Origin: Methylotenera sp. | GTDB lineage: Bacteria > Pseudomonadota > Gammaproteobacteria > Burkholderiales > Methylophilaceae | Direction of reading: 5' to 3' | DNA length: 54,674 nt | Assembly: GCA_025360485.1 (NCBI GenBank) | Contig: JANYCB010000083.1 | Location: forward strand, 1-54,674 | The notes under the pieces: model-generated | Seen by the model: only the letters and a program-made list of their open reading frames with translations | Databases searched by the model: none | Told to the model about the DNA's origin: nothing | Shown: positions 39,627 through 50,401 of the stretch, piece by piece | How positions within the stretch are numbered: position 1 is the stretch's first letter | How the letters are laid out: each line of letters begins with the position of its first letter | Made by a program: the position numbers and the translations under genes

Positions 39627-41501
39627 ATGGCACTTTTACAAATCTCCGAACCTGGTCAATCGACCGCACCACATCAACACAAACTGGCAGTGGGCATTGA
39701 TTTAGGCACCACTAATTCACTAGTCGCCAGTGTGCGTAGCGGGTTAAGTAGCGTACTGATTGACGACGATGGCCATGCCCTATTGCCAAGCGTGGTGCGC
39801 TACATGCCAGATGGTAGCATTGATGTAGGTTACAACGCGCAAACAGCACAGAGCCTCGATCCAATAAATACCATCGTCTCAGCCAAGCGCTTTATGGGGA
39901 GAGGCTTGAAGGACATTGATGTTTCACAACAACCTTACAAGTTTGTAGATAGTAACGAGATGTTGCAAATCGAAACTCGCGCTGGCATTAAAAGCCCCGT
40001 AGAAATCTCCGCTGAAATTTTAAAAACGCTCAAAGCGCGTGCCGAAAAAAGTTTAGGTGGTGAATTAGTTGGCGCCGTCATTACAGTTCCGGCATATTTT
40101 GATGATGCTCAACGCCAAGCCACCAAAGACGCTGCACGATTAGCGGGCTTAAATGTACTCCGCTTATTAAATGAGCCAACCGCTGCTGCTGTGGCGTATG
40201 GCTTAGATACTGGTGTTGAAGGCACTTATGTGATTTATGACCTCGGTGGCGGGACTTTTGATATTAGTATTTTGAAACTATCAAAAGGCGTGTTTGAAGT
40301 GCTCGCCACAAATGGCGACAGCGCTTTAGGTGGCGATGATTTTGATCGCAGAATTTTCTGCTGGATACTCGAGCAAAGCAAATGCAAGCCCGTCAACGCG
40401 CAAGATACAAGGCTTTTACTCACCAAAGCGCGTGAAGCAAAAGAATGGCTGACTGACCATGCCACGGCGCAAATTACCAGCGTGTTGAGCACTGGGGAAG
40501 TCATTAACATGACACTAGCCACCAAACAATTTAACGAATTCACACAAACCTTGGTTGCCAAGACACTTAGCCCCACTAAAAAAGCGCTTCGCGATGCAGA
40601 GCTAACGATTGAAGATATTAAAGGCGTGGTCATGGTGGGTGGTGCGACGCGTATGCCACAAATTCGCTTGGCCGTAGCCGACTTTTTTAAACGAACGCCC
40701 CTCACTAACTTAGACCCGGACAAAGTCGTTGCGTTGGGTGCCGCCATACAAGCCAATACTCTAGTTGGCAACAAAAGTGATGCGGATTTATTATTACTAG
40801 ACGTAATACCGCTATCGCTTGGTTTGGAAACCATGGGCGGTTTGGTGGAAAAAATTATTCCGCGAAATAGCACGTTACCAATCGCGCGCGCGCAGGAGTT
40901 CACCACGTTTAAAGATGGCCAAACCGCCATGAGCATACACGTGCTGCAAGGCGAGCGCGAACTTGTCACCAATTGTCGCTCGCTGGCACGCTTTGAGTTA
41001 CGCGGCATTCCACCCATGGTCGCGGGTGCGGCACGTATTCGGGTGACTTTTACTGTAGATGCGGATGGCTTACTCAGCGTTTCTGCGCGCGAGACCACGA
41101 CCAATATCGAAGCGAATATCGTGGTAAAACCGAGTTATGGTTTGAGTGAAGAGCAGATTTTGAGCATGCTCAAAAGTAGCTTTTCGGAAGCCGAAAACGA
41201 CAAAAATGCACGCTTGCTAGCCGAGGCAAAAGTGGATGCAGAAAGCTTATTAGCTGCGATTCAAGCCGCACTGGAACAAGATGGTGGTTTATTGAGTTCA
41301 AAAGAAAAACAACAAATAAAAGCTAAAATGGATGCTCTGCGAGCCAATATCGGCGGGAATCCTAGGCCACACCTTGCCGATGCTATTCGTGAAGCAACTG
41401 AAGCGCTCAATACTGCGACTGAAGAGTTCGCTGCTAAGCGCATGGACGCAAGCGTGAACCGCGCGCTGGCGGGTAAAGAATTAAACACTTTAGATATTTA
41501 G
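39627..41501 (+). CDS. hscA: Chaperone HscA
   Basis: [18 protein letters not shown] and Hsp70 motifs. Confidence 0.96.
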   Translation: MALLQISEPGQSTAPHQHKLAVGIDLGTTNSLVASVRSGLSSVLIDDDGHALLPSVVRYMPDGSIDVGYNAQTAQSLDPINTIVSAKRFMGRGLKDIDVSQQPYKFVDSNEMLQIETRAGIKSPVEISAEILKTLKARAEKSLGGELVGAVITVPAYFDDAQRQATKDAARLAGLNVLRLLNEPTAAAVAYGLDTGVEGTYVIYDLGGGTFDISILKLSKGVFEVLATNGDSALGGDDFDRRIFCWILEQSKCKPVNAQDTRLLLTKAREAKEWLTDHATAQITSVLSTGEVINMTLATKQFNEFTQTLVAKTLSPTKKALRDAELTIEDIKGVVMVGGATRMPQIRLAVADFFKRTPLTNLDPDKVVALGAAIQANTLVGNKSDADLLLLDVIPLSLGLETMGGLVEKIIPRNSTLPIARAQEFTTFKDGQTAMSIHVLQGERELVTNCRSLARFELRGIPPMVAGAARIRVTFTVDADGLLSVSARETTTNIEANIVVKPSYGLSEEQILSMLKSSFSEAENDKNARLLAEAKVDAESLLAAIQAALEQDGGLLSSKEKQQIKAKMDALRANIGGNPRPHLADAIREATEALNTATEEFAAKRMDASVNRALAGKELNTLDI

Positions 41502-41514
41502 AGATAGAAAAAAC

Positions 41515-41856
41515 ATGCCACAAATTATTGTATTGCCGCACGTAGAGCTCTGCCCAGAAGGCGCGGCGATTGAAGCCGAAACAGGCGAATCGATTTGTCA
41601 AACTTTATTGGATAACGAAATCGATATCGACCATGCTTGCGACCAAGCCTGTGCTTGTACCACCTGCCATGTGATTATTCGCGAAGGCTTTAAAACGCTC
41701 AACCCATCGGATGACAAAGAAGATGATTTGCTCGACAAAGCCTGGGGCTTAGAGCCAAATTCACGTTTAAGTTGTCAAGCGATTGTTGGGGCAACTGACT
41801 TGGTGATTGAGATTCCCAAATATAGCATCAACATGGCTAAAGAAGGCCACCGCTAA
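41515..41856 (+). CDS. fdx: ISC 2Fe-2S ferredoxin
   Basis: HAC..ACACTTCH, LDKAWGL and SRLSCQ motifs. Confidence 0.96.
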   Translation: MPQIIVLPHVELCPEGAAIEAETGESICQTLLDNEIDIDHACDQACACTTCHVIIREGFKTLNPSDDKEDDLLDKAWGLEPNSRLSCQAIVGATDLVIEIPKYSINMAKEGHR

Positions 41857-41861
41857 TATAT

Positions 41862-41976
41862 AAGCACTTTTAAGGCGAATTACCGCGTTGCGCAGTGCTC
41901 GCAATCCTCATTTATAACCACATAAATTCCAGTTGCTGTGCGCTGTGCGCCTTGTACTTCGTCCACCAAAGTGCTT
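41862..41976. repeat. Imperfect palindromic element of about 115 bp (RPE/MITE-like)
   Basis: Terminal AAGCACTTT/AAAGTGCTT, nested imperfect arms and an ATTTAT/ATAAAT apex, between the convergent fdx and sulP genes. Confidence 0.6.
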
Positions 41977-42006
41977 TGAAACACACAGCGGCTACGCGCT
42001 CGCGAG

Positions 42007-43377
42007 CTAGTTGGCTTCTGCCAACTCCAGCTCAACAGTGTCTTCTTTAGCATGATGTAAGGGTATTTTTTTCATCAAAACTGCAATCGCGAATATCGCA
42101 ATCGCGGTTAGCACGGCGGTTAAAAAACCAGTGAGCGGCACCATCACTGCGGTATAAATCATTAGCCAAAAATGAAATTTACTTTTCATTTCAATCACTT
42201 CTTGAATCTCTTTCCATTTCACCATGCCGGAAGCTACGTAAAGCAATATGCCGCCAATACAAGCCATTGGCACTTGCTCCAAATAACGTGCCAAAAATGC
42301 TGCCATTAACAACTTAAAGGTAAATTTTGCAATGCCCGCTAATGGTGAAACTGCGCCCAGCTTAATATTTACAGCCGTTCTAGCTAATGCGCCCGTGTGT
42401 GGAAAACCATTCAACATAGGCGTAACAATGTTCACAATGCCTTGCCCCCATAGCTCTTTATTAGGGTTGAAAGGCACACCCTTGTTATTTGCCATGCGGT
42501 CTGCCATGCGGCTACAAAGAAGGCTCTCAATCGCTGCCACAAAATAAATGGCCACTGCAAAATAAGCCAAATCAAACCATACTTGACCTGTGGACATGTC
42601 TGGCAAAGCTGGCATGGTGACATTCCAAAAATCCGTCGGGATACTGCCGTATTTATCTTTGATGAGTACTAAGCCTTTATCTTTCCAAAAAGTAGCTGCC
42701 GCCAACCAACCCAAGCCCAAACCAAATACTGGAGCGGGGATAAACGTAGAAATTTTAATCAACGTTTTGCAAATGGCAAATGTACCTAAAGCCACAATGA
42801 CCGCATAAACATTCATTTCGCCGAAAAACGCTATCGTCTTTTTAATTTGCCCGATAAAATCATAGCCAATTTTGTGGTGGAACCCAAACACTTCGCCCAT
42901 TTGCGAAAACGCGATTACTATCGCGATGCCGATGGTAAACCCCACCACCACAGAATGCGGTACCAGCGTCACAATTTTGCCTTTGCGCGCCAAGCCTGTA
43001 ATCATCAACATCACACCCGCGATGATAGAAGCCAGCACCAAAAAGCTATGATTATAAGTGGCCATTAAACCTGCAATGATAGGGATGTACGCTGCGGTTG
43101 GGCCATACACCTGATACTTGCTACCGCCGAATAGCGCGCCTAGCAGGCCTGCCACTGCGCCACCTACAATGCCCTGCTCTGGCCGCAAGCCACTTGCCAT
43201 GGCAAACCCCATCGCTAGCGGAATCGCCACCATCGCCACCACCAACCCAGCCGTGAGGTCTTTAATGATATTTCTGGTTAAGTTGCCTTTGGCTAAATCT
43301 TCATAACGGCCATCGTTAGGGTTAAGGTAATACTTGAGTGTGGAAAGTAAGGTGCTGGTATCTTGGCGTGGATTCAT
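42007..43377 (-). CDS. SulP/SLC26 family anion (probably bicarbonate) transporter without a STAS domain
   Basis: DLTAGLVVAMVAIPLAMGFA, QVYGPTAA, NKELWGQG and TGALART motifs; ends after the TM core. Confidence 0.9.
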   Translation of the reverse strand: MNPRQDTSTLLSTLKYYLNPNDGRYEDLAKGNLTRNIIKDLTAGLVVAMVAIPLAMGFAMASGLRPEQGIVGGAVAGLLGALFGGSKYQVYGPTAAYIPIIAGLMATYNHSFLVLASIIAGVMLMITGLARKGKIVTLVPHSVVVGFTIGIAIVIAFSQMGEVFGFHHKIGYDFIGQIKKTIAFFGEMNVYAVIVALGTFAICKTLIKISTFIPAPVFGLGLGWLAAATFWKDKGLVLIKDKYGSIPTDFWNVTMPALPDMSTGQVWFDLAYFAVAIYFVAAIESLLCSRMADRMANNKGVPFNPNKELWGQGIVNIVTPMLNGFPHTGALARTAVNIKLGAVSPLAGIAKFTFKLLMAAFLARYLEQVPMACIGGILLYVASGMVKWKEIQEVIEMKSKFHFWLMIYTAVMVPLTGFLTAVLTAIAIFAIAVLMKKIPLHHAKEDTVELELAEAN

Positions 43378-43437
43378 TCTTTAAAAATCTCTAGTTATAA
43401 AAAATTCATTGAAGTAACTGCAAAAAAACGTGATTAA

Positions 43438-44076
43438 TCAAATCATCAGTGTATCTTGTAAAAAACTCACTTCTCCCGTATTCAAATCATATATACCGCC
43501 AACAATACCTATTTGCTTGGCGGTGAGCATATCTTGAATAATATCGCTGCTATGGATAATTTCATCCATTTGCATTTTTACGTTCAAAGCACAAATTTTG
43601 TGTATAAATTCCACATTGCTTGAATCGCGATTTTCTGTGACGGTTTTTTCGTGCCGCAGCGCAGGACGAATCATATTGATAATTTCGCCAATGTGGCCAT
43701 CCCTAAAATTATCACACGCCGCCTTTACCGCGCCACAATCGCTGTGCCCCAGCACGACAACAAGTTTGCTGTCTAAATATTTAGTACTAAATTCCAAGCT
43801 GCCAATCGCTTTATCTGAGGCAATATTGCCCGCCAACCGCACGCTGAAAATATCGCCTAAAGCCTGATCGAATAACAGCTCGACAGGCGCCCGTGAATCG
43901 CTGCAGCTTAAAAAAGACGCGAATGGATGTTGTTTATCTTTAATAATTTGCACCAAACTTTGCATGTCTTTATTGGCAATGAGGTTGTTCACAAAACGGT
44001 GGTTGCCCTCAATCAGCACATCCAGCGCCTCTCGAGGTGTCATCTTGTCGCGATCTAACAGTGGGTGTTTATACAT
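43438..44076 (-). CDS. Beta-class carbonic anhydrase
   Basis: GNHRF, CSDSR, RLAGN and GHSDCGA motifs. Confidence 0.93.
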   Translation of the reverse strand: MYKHPLLDRDKMTPREALDVLIEGNHRFVNNLIANKDMQSLVQIIKDKQHPFASFLSCSDSRAPVELLFDQALGDIFSVRLAGNIASDKAIGSLEFSTKYLDSKLVVVLGHSDCGAVKAACDNFRDGHIGEIINMIRPALRHEKTVTENRDSSNVEFIHKICALNVKMQMDEIIHSSDIIQDMLTAKQIGIVGGIYDLNTGEVSFLQDTLMI

Positions 44077-44174
44077 GCTTTATGCCTAGTAAAATTATGC
44101 TTTGAATTATACCTGATGATAGCAAGCCAAAGAACCCGCATTGGGAATCAGCACGGGCTTTGTTTTATGCCAAC

Positions 44175-44200
44175 AAAAAACCCGCCGTAGCGGGTTTTTT
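44175..44200. terminator. Bidirectional Rho-independent terminator after the porin
   Basis: AAAAAACCCGC-CGTA-GCGGGTTTTTT. Confidence 0.9.
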
Positions 44201-44213
44201 GAACTGCTACAAA

Positions 44214-45644
44214 TTAAAACTTATAAGTTAAATCTAACTGAAGCAAATTGAAGTCTTTCAGGTTTAAAGCTAGATCTTGTGTATTGGTACTTCCAGCAGT
44301 ACCTAAAGCACTATTTTTTCTCGTTGCATGACCATAAGCAAAGTTTGCAAATACGTTATCTAAGAAATTATATTGCGCTTTAAACACAGGGCCTTTCATG
44401 TTAACGCGTGAATCCATAAAGTCTGAATCAACTGCATTCGGGTCAACAGAGTATGCTCCGACATCTTGATACCAGATTCTGGCAGCCCAATCACCTTTAA
44501 CCATTTTATTAGCTTCAAAGGATTTGAAATCTGCTGCAGAACCAACCGCAACTCCTAGCATCCAAGCATTATCATCATTACCAAGTGCGCAAATGGCTGC
44601 ACCAGCCGCTGCACAACGGTCGCTACCGCTGGTGTTATGCACATAATCACCAAATAGTCGCATGCCTATACTGTTAGCATTTAGGTAGTAATTAAATTCA
44701 GCGGGGGTTTCAATAACATCTAAATCATTCACAGCTGCACTAGTAGCTGTAACTTGGCCATTAGTAGACGTAGGTAGTTGAGGAGAAAATTTAGTAGCGC
44801 CATTATTATGATTATATTTAGTGTAAGTTAAGGCTGCTTTTGCTGAGGTATGGTCATCAAATGCGTACTTTGCACCTCCCTGGAAAGCAAAAAGCTCTAC
44901 AGTGTTCGTATCAGCTAGGCCGGCCCCGCCCACATTGGAGCTGAAATTTTTTCTATCGCCTTGATACTGTGCTTGAGCTGCCGTAAAGAACAAATCAGCA
45001 AAATTCATTTTGTAATTTACTTTTTCAGCTAAGCCTTCAAAGTTCAAGTCAGCATCCCATACCATTGGTGTGGTGTAAAGAGGGTTGTTCATACGGCCCG
45101 CTTCTAACGTTAGCCAATCTGTTGCTTTCCAACCGATCATGGCGCGTTTGATAAATACGCCTTGTTTATTATCAATATCCCCATTAGTAGTTCCGCTGCC
45201 AAATGTCGCATTATCTGAACGGCCAGTTGCACCCATAGCTACAGCTAAGTCAGAATACCAATCACCCATTTCTGTTTTAACACCCAGCGTTATTTTGTAA
45301 CGTGCTCTATCTCTATTCTCGTCAATATTTACGCCTGCTGTAGGACCAACACCAGAACCATCGCGAGCTTCATAACGCACACGAATATCACCATACAAAG
45401 TAGCGTTATCAATCGCATCAGAAACGCTCAGCTTTGCTGCCTTCTTAATTTTTTTATCAACAAGTTGATTGTCATTTTCATGACCTTTCAACAATGGTAA
45501 CGCTTCCTCTTCGGTCAACACGCCTTTTGTAACCAATGCCTGAACAAGATCAAACGTACCATCCGCCATTGCATTCGCACCGAAACCCATCAATACAGAC
45601 CCTGCTAAGGTAGCAGCTACCAAATTTCGTAATTTAAAATTCAT
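44214..45644 (-). CDS. Putative outer-membrane porin (likely phosphate-starvation induced)
   Basis: Signal peptide, LVTKGVLT.EEA, GDIRVRYE, WDADLNFEG and C-terminal QLDLTYKF; GGGGA RBS before ATG 45644. Confidence 0.85.
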   Translation of the reverse strand: MNFKLRNLVAATLAGSVLMGFGANAMADGTFDLVQALVTKGVLTEEEALPLLKGHENDNQLVDKKIKKAAKLSVSDAIDNATLYGDIRVRYEARDGSGVGPTAGVNIDENRDRARYKITLGVKTEMGDWYSDLAVAMGATGRSDNATFGSGTTNGDIDNKQGVFIKRAMIGWKATDWLTLEAGRMNNPLYTTPMVWDADLNFEGLAEKVNYKMNFADLFFTAAQAQYQGDRKNFSSNVGGAGLADTNTVELFAFQGGAKYAFDDHTSAKAALTYTKYNHNNGATKFSPQLPTSTNGQVTATSAAVNDLDVIETPAEFNYYLNANSIGMRLFGDYVHNTSGSDRCAAAGAAICALGNDDNAWMLGVAVGSAADFKSFEANKMVKGDWAARIWYQDVGAYSVDPNAVDSDFMDSRVNMKGPVFKAQYNFLDNVFANFAYGHATRKNSALGTAGSTNTQDLALNLKDFNLLQLDLTYKF

Positions 45645-45697
45645 TTTTAATTCCCCTGTCCAGAACGTTTTATCAAAATTTTCAACAGGCGAAGTTT

Positions 45698-45726
45698 GAG
45701 ACATTAATATGACAATTTGATGACAA
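45698..45726 (-). promoter_or_regulatory. Pho box (three 11-bp-spaced units)
   Basis: Minus strand TTGTCAT-CAAA-TTGTCAT-ATTA-ATGTCTC. Confidence 0.75.
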
Positions 45727-45767
45727 AGAACTATTTTTGCACCTAGTCGTTGTATTTCTACCACAAC

Positions 45768-45790
45768 AAAAAAGCCGTCATAAAGACGGC
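45768..45790 (-). terminator. Terminator after lysS
   Basis: GCCGTC/GACGGC stem with an A6 run (U-tract on the minus strand). Confidence 0.8.
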
Positions 45791-45808
45791 CTTTTCATAC
45801 TAAAAAAA

Positions 45809-47314
45809 TTAAGCTTCTGCCCGCATATGCGGGAACAAAATCACATCGCGAATACTTGGACTATCAGTAATCAACATGACCAATCTATCAATGCCAATGC
45901 CACAACCACCCGTGGGCGGCATGCCGTATTCCAGTGCACGAATAAAATCAGCATCGTAATACATCGCCTCGGTATCGCCCGCTTCTTTGGCTTTCATTTG
46001 CGCGTTAAAGCGCGCGGCTTGATCTTCTGCATCATTCAGCTCGCTAAAGCCATTCGCCATTTCACGCCCTGTGATAAACAATTCAAAACGCTCGGTGATT
46101 TCTGGGTTTTTGTCACTTGCTCTAGCGAGCGGCGAAACTTCCACGGGGTAATCGATAATATAAGTCGGATTCCACAATTTTGCTTCTGCAACTTCTTCAA
46201 ATAAACTTAATTGCAGCGAGCCAACACCCGCGTGTTTATTGGCTTCCAGGCCATGCTTTTTAAGTTCTTTGCGCAAGAAATCTTCGTCATTTAATTGTGC
46301 CAAAGTAAATTCTGGCGCGTGTTTTTGTATCGCACCAATCACTGTCAAACGCTCAAACGGTTTACTCAAATCGACTTCTTTTCCGTCATAAGAAAGCGTC
46401 GCTGTGCCTCGCGCAGCAATGGCCGCAGCGCGAATACAATCTTCGGTAAACGTCATCAACCAATGGTAATCGGTATAGGCCGCATAAAATTCCATCATGG
46501 TGAATTCTGGATTATGACGAACGGATAAACCTTCGTTACGGAAGTTACGGTTCATCTCGAACACACGCTCAAAACCACCAACCACCAAGCGCTTCAAATA
46601 AAGCTCAGGCGCGATGCGCATAAACATTTGCATATCCAGCGCGTTATGATGCGTCATGAAAGGCTTAGCCGATGCACCACCTGGAATCGGATGCAACATC
46701 GGTGTTTCGACTTCTAAAAATTCGTTTTGAATCATAAAGTTGCGAATGGCAGAAACCACTTTGCTACGCGCCATGAAGGTCGCGCGCGTTTCTTCATTCA
46801 CTATCAAATCAACATAACGCTGGCGATATTTCACCTCTTGATCGGTCAGACCGTGGAATTTTTCTGGCAATGGACGTAGCGATTTTGTGAGCAAACGCAA
46901 CTCGGTCACTTTGACTGATAACTCGCCTGTTTTAGTTTTAAACAAATGACCAGTTGCACCTAAAATATCGCCTAAATCCCAATGCTTAAAAGCCTCGTAG
47001 GTCGCTTCATCCAAATTGCTGCTGCCAATAAATAACTGAATGCGACCGCTTTTATCTTGTAACGTAGCAAAGCTCGCCTTGCCCATCACGCGTTTCAACA
47101 TCATGCGGCCAGCCACTTTGACATGCACAGGTTTTGCTTCAAATGCTTCATTTTCAGTGCCGCTGTGAGCCGCATGGATGTTGGCTGCCAGAGCATCTGG
47201 TTTGAAATCATTGGGGAATGCAATGCCTTGTGCACGAATCGCTTTTAGTTTCTCGCGGCGCTCGGCAATGACGTGGTTTTCATCTACTGGTAAATTATCT
47301 TCTTGCTCGCTCAC
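45809..47314 (-). CDS. lysS: Lysine--tRNA ligase (class II)
   Basis: [24 protein letters not shown] and GIGIDRL motifs. Confidence 0.97.
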   Translation of the reverse strand: MSEQEDNLPVDENHVIAERREKLKAIRAQGIAFPNDFKPDALAANIHAAHSGTENEAFEAKPVHVKVAGRMMLKRVMGKASFATLQDKSGRIQLFIGSSNLDEATYEAFKHWDLGDILGATGHLFKTKTGELSVKVTELRLLTKSLRPLPEKFHGLTDQEVKYRQRYVDLIVNEETRATFMARSKVVSAIRNFMIQNEFLEVETPMLHPIPGGASAKPFMTHHNALDMQMFMRIAPELYLKRLVVGGFERVFEMNRNFRNEGLSVRHNPEFTMMEFYAAYTDYHWLMTFTEDCIRAAAIAARGTATLSYDGKEVDLSKPFERLTVIGAIQKHAPEFTLAQLNDEDFLRKELKKHGLEANKHAGVGSLQLSLFEEVAEAKLWNPTYIIDYPVEVSPLARASDKNPEITERFELFITGREMANGFSELNDAEDQAARFNAQMKAKEAGDTEAMYYDADFIRALEYGMPPTGGCGIGIDRLVMLITDSPSIRDVILFPHMRAEA

Positions 47315-47316
47315 TC

Positions 47317-48421
47317 TTAAACTCCCTGCTTCAAACTCACTTGTATAAATGGGTCAAGGTCGCCATCCAGCACGCCTTGGGTATTGCCGATTTCCACATT
47401 GGTACGCAAATCTTTAATGCGGCCTTGGTCGAGCACGTAGCTGCGGATTTGATGCCCCCAGCCGATGTCCGTCTTAGCATCTTCCAGCGCTTGCTTATCT
47501 GCATTACGCTTATTCAATTCCAAATTATACAACGCGCCTTTAAGCATATTCATGGCTTCTTCGCGGTTACGGTGTTGGCTTCTGTCATTTTGGCATTGCA
47601 CGACCGTATTGGTAGGAATATGCGTAATGCGCACGGCGGAATCAGTCTTGTTGATGTGCTGACCGCCCGCGCCACTGGCGCGATAGGTATCAATGCGTAA
47701 ATCAGCGGGGTTGATGTCGATTTGAATCGAATCATCGACTTCGGGGAAAATCTGCACACTGGCGAAGCTAGTGTGGCGCTTGGCGTTGCTATCAAACGGT
47801 GATTTTCGCACCAATCTGTGCACGCCATTCTCAGTACGAAGGGTTCCGTAAGCATAATCTCCAGAAACCTTAATCGACGCGCCTTTAATGCCCGCCACGT
47901 CGCCATCAGATAACTCTAGCACTTCTACTTTAAAGCCTTTGCGCTCGGCATAGCGCAAATACATGCGCAATAGCATATTGCACCAATCTTGCGCCTCAGT
48001 CCCACCACTGCCCGATTGAAACTCGATAAAGCAATTGGCAGCATCTAACTCACCCGAAAACATGCGCTTAAATTCCATGTCTTCGATTTGTTTTTCAAGC
48101 GCCAACGTATCAGCATTCACACTTAACAGCGTGTCGTCATCATTTTCTTCACGCGCCATTTCAAACAGCTCTTGCGCATCTTTTAAATTGGTTTCTAGGC
48201 TTTGTAAATTATGGATAATGAGCTCTAAGCTACGTTTTTCTTTGCCGAGCTTTTGCGCTTTTTCTGAGTCATTCCAAATGTTTGGGTCTTCCATCAACCC
48301 ATTCACCTCTTCTAGTTTTTGCGCTTTATTTTCAAAGTCAAAGATACCCCCGAAGGGCGTGATTGCGCTCGCTTAAATCGTTTAAGCGGTTGGCGATAAG
48401 ATTGAGTTGTTCGGCTTCCAT
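47317..48421 (-). CDS. prfB: Peptide chain release factor 2 with programmed +1 frameshift
   Basis: ATG 48421 gives [27 protein letters not shown], then CTT-TGA-C; the downstream frame carries the SPF and GGQ motifs. Confidence 0.96.
48337..48352 (-). other. prfB +1 frameshift site
   Basis: CGGGGG-TAT-CTT-TGA-C: internal SD-like sequence plus the slippery CUU UGA C. Confidence 0.93.
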
Positions 48422-48476
48422 GATAGTAGCTGCTTAACTTATAAAACTTCGAAAGCGAGATTATACCGCAAAGCTT

Positions 48477-48884
48477 TTAAATGGCTTGGATGACTTCGCC
48501 ATCTTCTTTGATAAATATGCCAATGTGAGGGTTTTCTAAAATAGTTAAAACCAACTCTGATGGGCGGCAAAGATTAACGCCTTTTGCAGTCACTACAATC
48601 GGTCGATTGATGAGAATTGGATGCTGCATCATGGCATCAATCAATGCGTCTTCAGAAAAACTTAAATCATTCAAACCAAGCTCTGCATAAGGCGTGCCTT
48701 TTTCACGCATTAGCTGGCGAGGACTAATGCCCATTTTTGATATTAATTCAACTAACTTTTCACGGCTTGGTGGTGTTTTAAGATATTCAATCACCTCAGG
48801 TTCTGCGCCGCTGGCGCGTATCATCGCTAAGGTATTTCGAGATGTGCCACATGCAGGGTTGTGATAAATCGTAACTTTATTCAT
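48477..48884 (-). CDS. arsC: Glutaredoxin-dependent arsenate reductase
   Basis: YHNPACGTSR, HPILINRPIV and LCRPSE motifs. Confidence 0.93.
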   Translation of the reverse strand: MNKVTIYHNPACGTSRNTLAMIRASGAEPEVIEYLKTPPSREKLVELISKMGISPRQLMREKGTPYAELGLNDLSFSEDALIDAMMQHPILINRPIVVTAKGVNLCRPSELVLTILENPHIGIFIKEDGEVIQAI

Positions 48885-49521
48885 TTTTCTGCCTTACCAA
48901 TAAACAAATAATTATGACCGACACCAATTGTGCGGAGACAAAGCCCACCACATCGGCTGGCGCAATACCCACAAAAGTGTTGGTGAGGCTCCGCGCCAAG
49001 GTCACGGCCGGGTTAGCGAAAAAAGTGGATGAAGTAAACCAGTAGCCTGCTGTAACGGTGAGCGCCACCAGCATCGCCACTTTTTCTTGCGCATATTTAA
49101 CACCTAAATGAATCACGCCTAACAATATCAAGGTAGCCGCCAACTCACTCACCCAAATTCCTAAGCCAGTTCTAGGCTTGGTTGAGGTTTGAATAACCGG
49201 CAAAGTAAACATCAAATGTGTTAGCCAAACGCCGCCAATTGCACCTGTAATTTGCGCGGCGATATACCCAGCAAGTGCTTGTATGCTTAATGTACCTCTT
49301 CGCCAAAACATCATACTCACAACGGGGTTAAAATGCGCGCCAGATAAAGGTGCCAGCAGCGAAATCAACACATACAAGCCGCAGCCCGTGGCGATACTAT
49401 TACCCAACAATGCTACAGCGGCATTGCCCGCACTTAGACTTTCTCCCATGATGCCCGAGCCAGTAACTATGGCGAGTAACAAAGCCGTGCCAAAAAATTC
49501 TGTAACTATTTTAGTTTTCAT
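48877..49521 (-). CDS. MIP/aquaglyceroporin, AqpS-like arsenite channel
   Basis: SGAHFNPV and YWFTSSTFFANPAVT motifs; overlaps the arsC start. Confidence 0.88.
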   Translation of the reverse strand: MKTKIVTEFFGTALLLAIVTGSGIMGESLSAGNAAVALLGNSIATGCGLYVLISLLAPLSGAHFNPVVSMMFWRRGTLSIQALAGYIAAQITGAIGGVWLTHLMFTLPVIQTSTKPRTGLGIWVSELAATLILLGVIHLGVKYAQEKVAMLVALTVTAGYWFTSSTFFANPAVTLARSLTNTFVGIAPADVVGFVSAQLVSVIIICLLVRQKNE

Positions 49522-49549
49522 CGTTTTGTTTTCATATTGGTGTAAAGTT

Positions 49550-49567
49550 TTGTCACATTTATGTCAT
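49550..49567 (+). promoter_or_regulatory. Pho box
   Basis: TTGTCAC-ATTT-ATGTCAT. Confidence 0.75.
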
Positions 49568-49733
49568 AATTTTATAAGTCATCTGCGTGGCCGCTTATTA
49601 GTTTCGGCAACGCTATAATAAATGTTTTTTGCATATAAGTTTTAAATCTTTCGTGCATACATTCGCAGATTTAAACCTACACAATTAAACTAATTTTAAT
49701 TAGAACAATTAGATTCATTTGGGAGAAAGAAAT

Positions 49734-50390
49734 ATGGCAAATGCCACTTTTGGTCGATTGATGGCCTCCATCACACCGCGTAGTGATAATTACTTTGAAC
49801 TATTCAATAAGCTGGCTGAATCAGCTGTGACTGGCTCTAAAGTATTGGCGATGATGACCGCTGTGAATGAGGCCGATAAATTTGAAGATCATTTCGCCGA
49901 AATTCGCCGCATCGAATCGCAAGCGGACGAATACACTAAAGAAATTCTCATCTCGCTGCATAAAACCTATATTACGCCATTTGATCGCCGCGAAATTCGT
50001 GAGCTAGCCATGGCTTTAGATGACATTATTGATTACATGGAAGCCATTCCACAAAGTGCCAAAATTTATGGCAGCAGTAACTTTACCCCTGAGATGGTAG
50101 CGCTTGGACAAATATTATTGCGCGCTTCAGAAAAAGTCCGCGATGCTGTTGTCATGCTATCTGACATGAAAAATGCCGAGCGCATTTTGCGCACTTGCGA
50201 AGAAATTAGCAGCATTGAAGGTGAGGCAGACCACGTAGTGCGTGCAGGCTTACGGCGCTTATTTGCCGAGGAATCAGATGCCCGCACACTGATTCGCTCA
50301 AAAGAACTGTATGATTTATTTGAAGAAGCTGTTGATAGTTGCGAAGACGTATCTGATGTGATTCATGGCGTTGTGCTAGAGCGCATTTAA
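49734..50390 (+). CDS. DUF47 / PhoU-like Pit accessory protein
   Basis: ITPFDRREI, LDDIID, IEGEAD and D.CEDV motifs; GGGAG RBS before ATG 49734. Confidence 0.9.
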   Translation: MANATFGRLMASITPRSDNYFELFNKLAESAVTGSKVLAMMTAVNEADKFEDHFAEIRRIESQADEYTKEILISLHKTYITPFDRREIRELAMALDDIIDYMEAIPQSAKIYGSSNFTPEMVALGQILLRASEKVRDAVVMLSDMKNAERILRTCEEISSIEGEADHVVRAGLRRLFAEESDARTLIRSKELYDLFEEAVDSCEDVSDVIHGVVLERI

Positions 50391-50401
50391 GGGGACACAA
50401 A

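Noticed and set aside
40235-41104. 289-aa antisense ORF inside hscA
   Set aside because: Long antisense frames are common in Hsp70 genes; there are no recognisable motifs or RBS.
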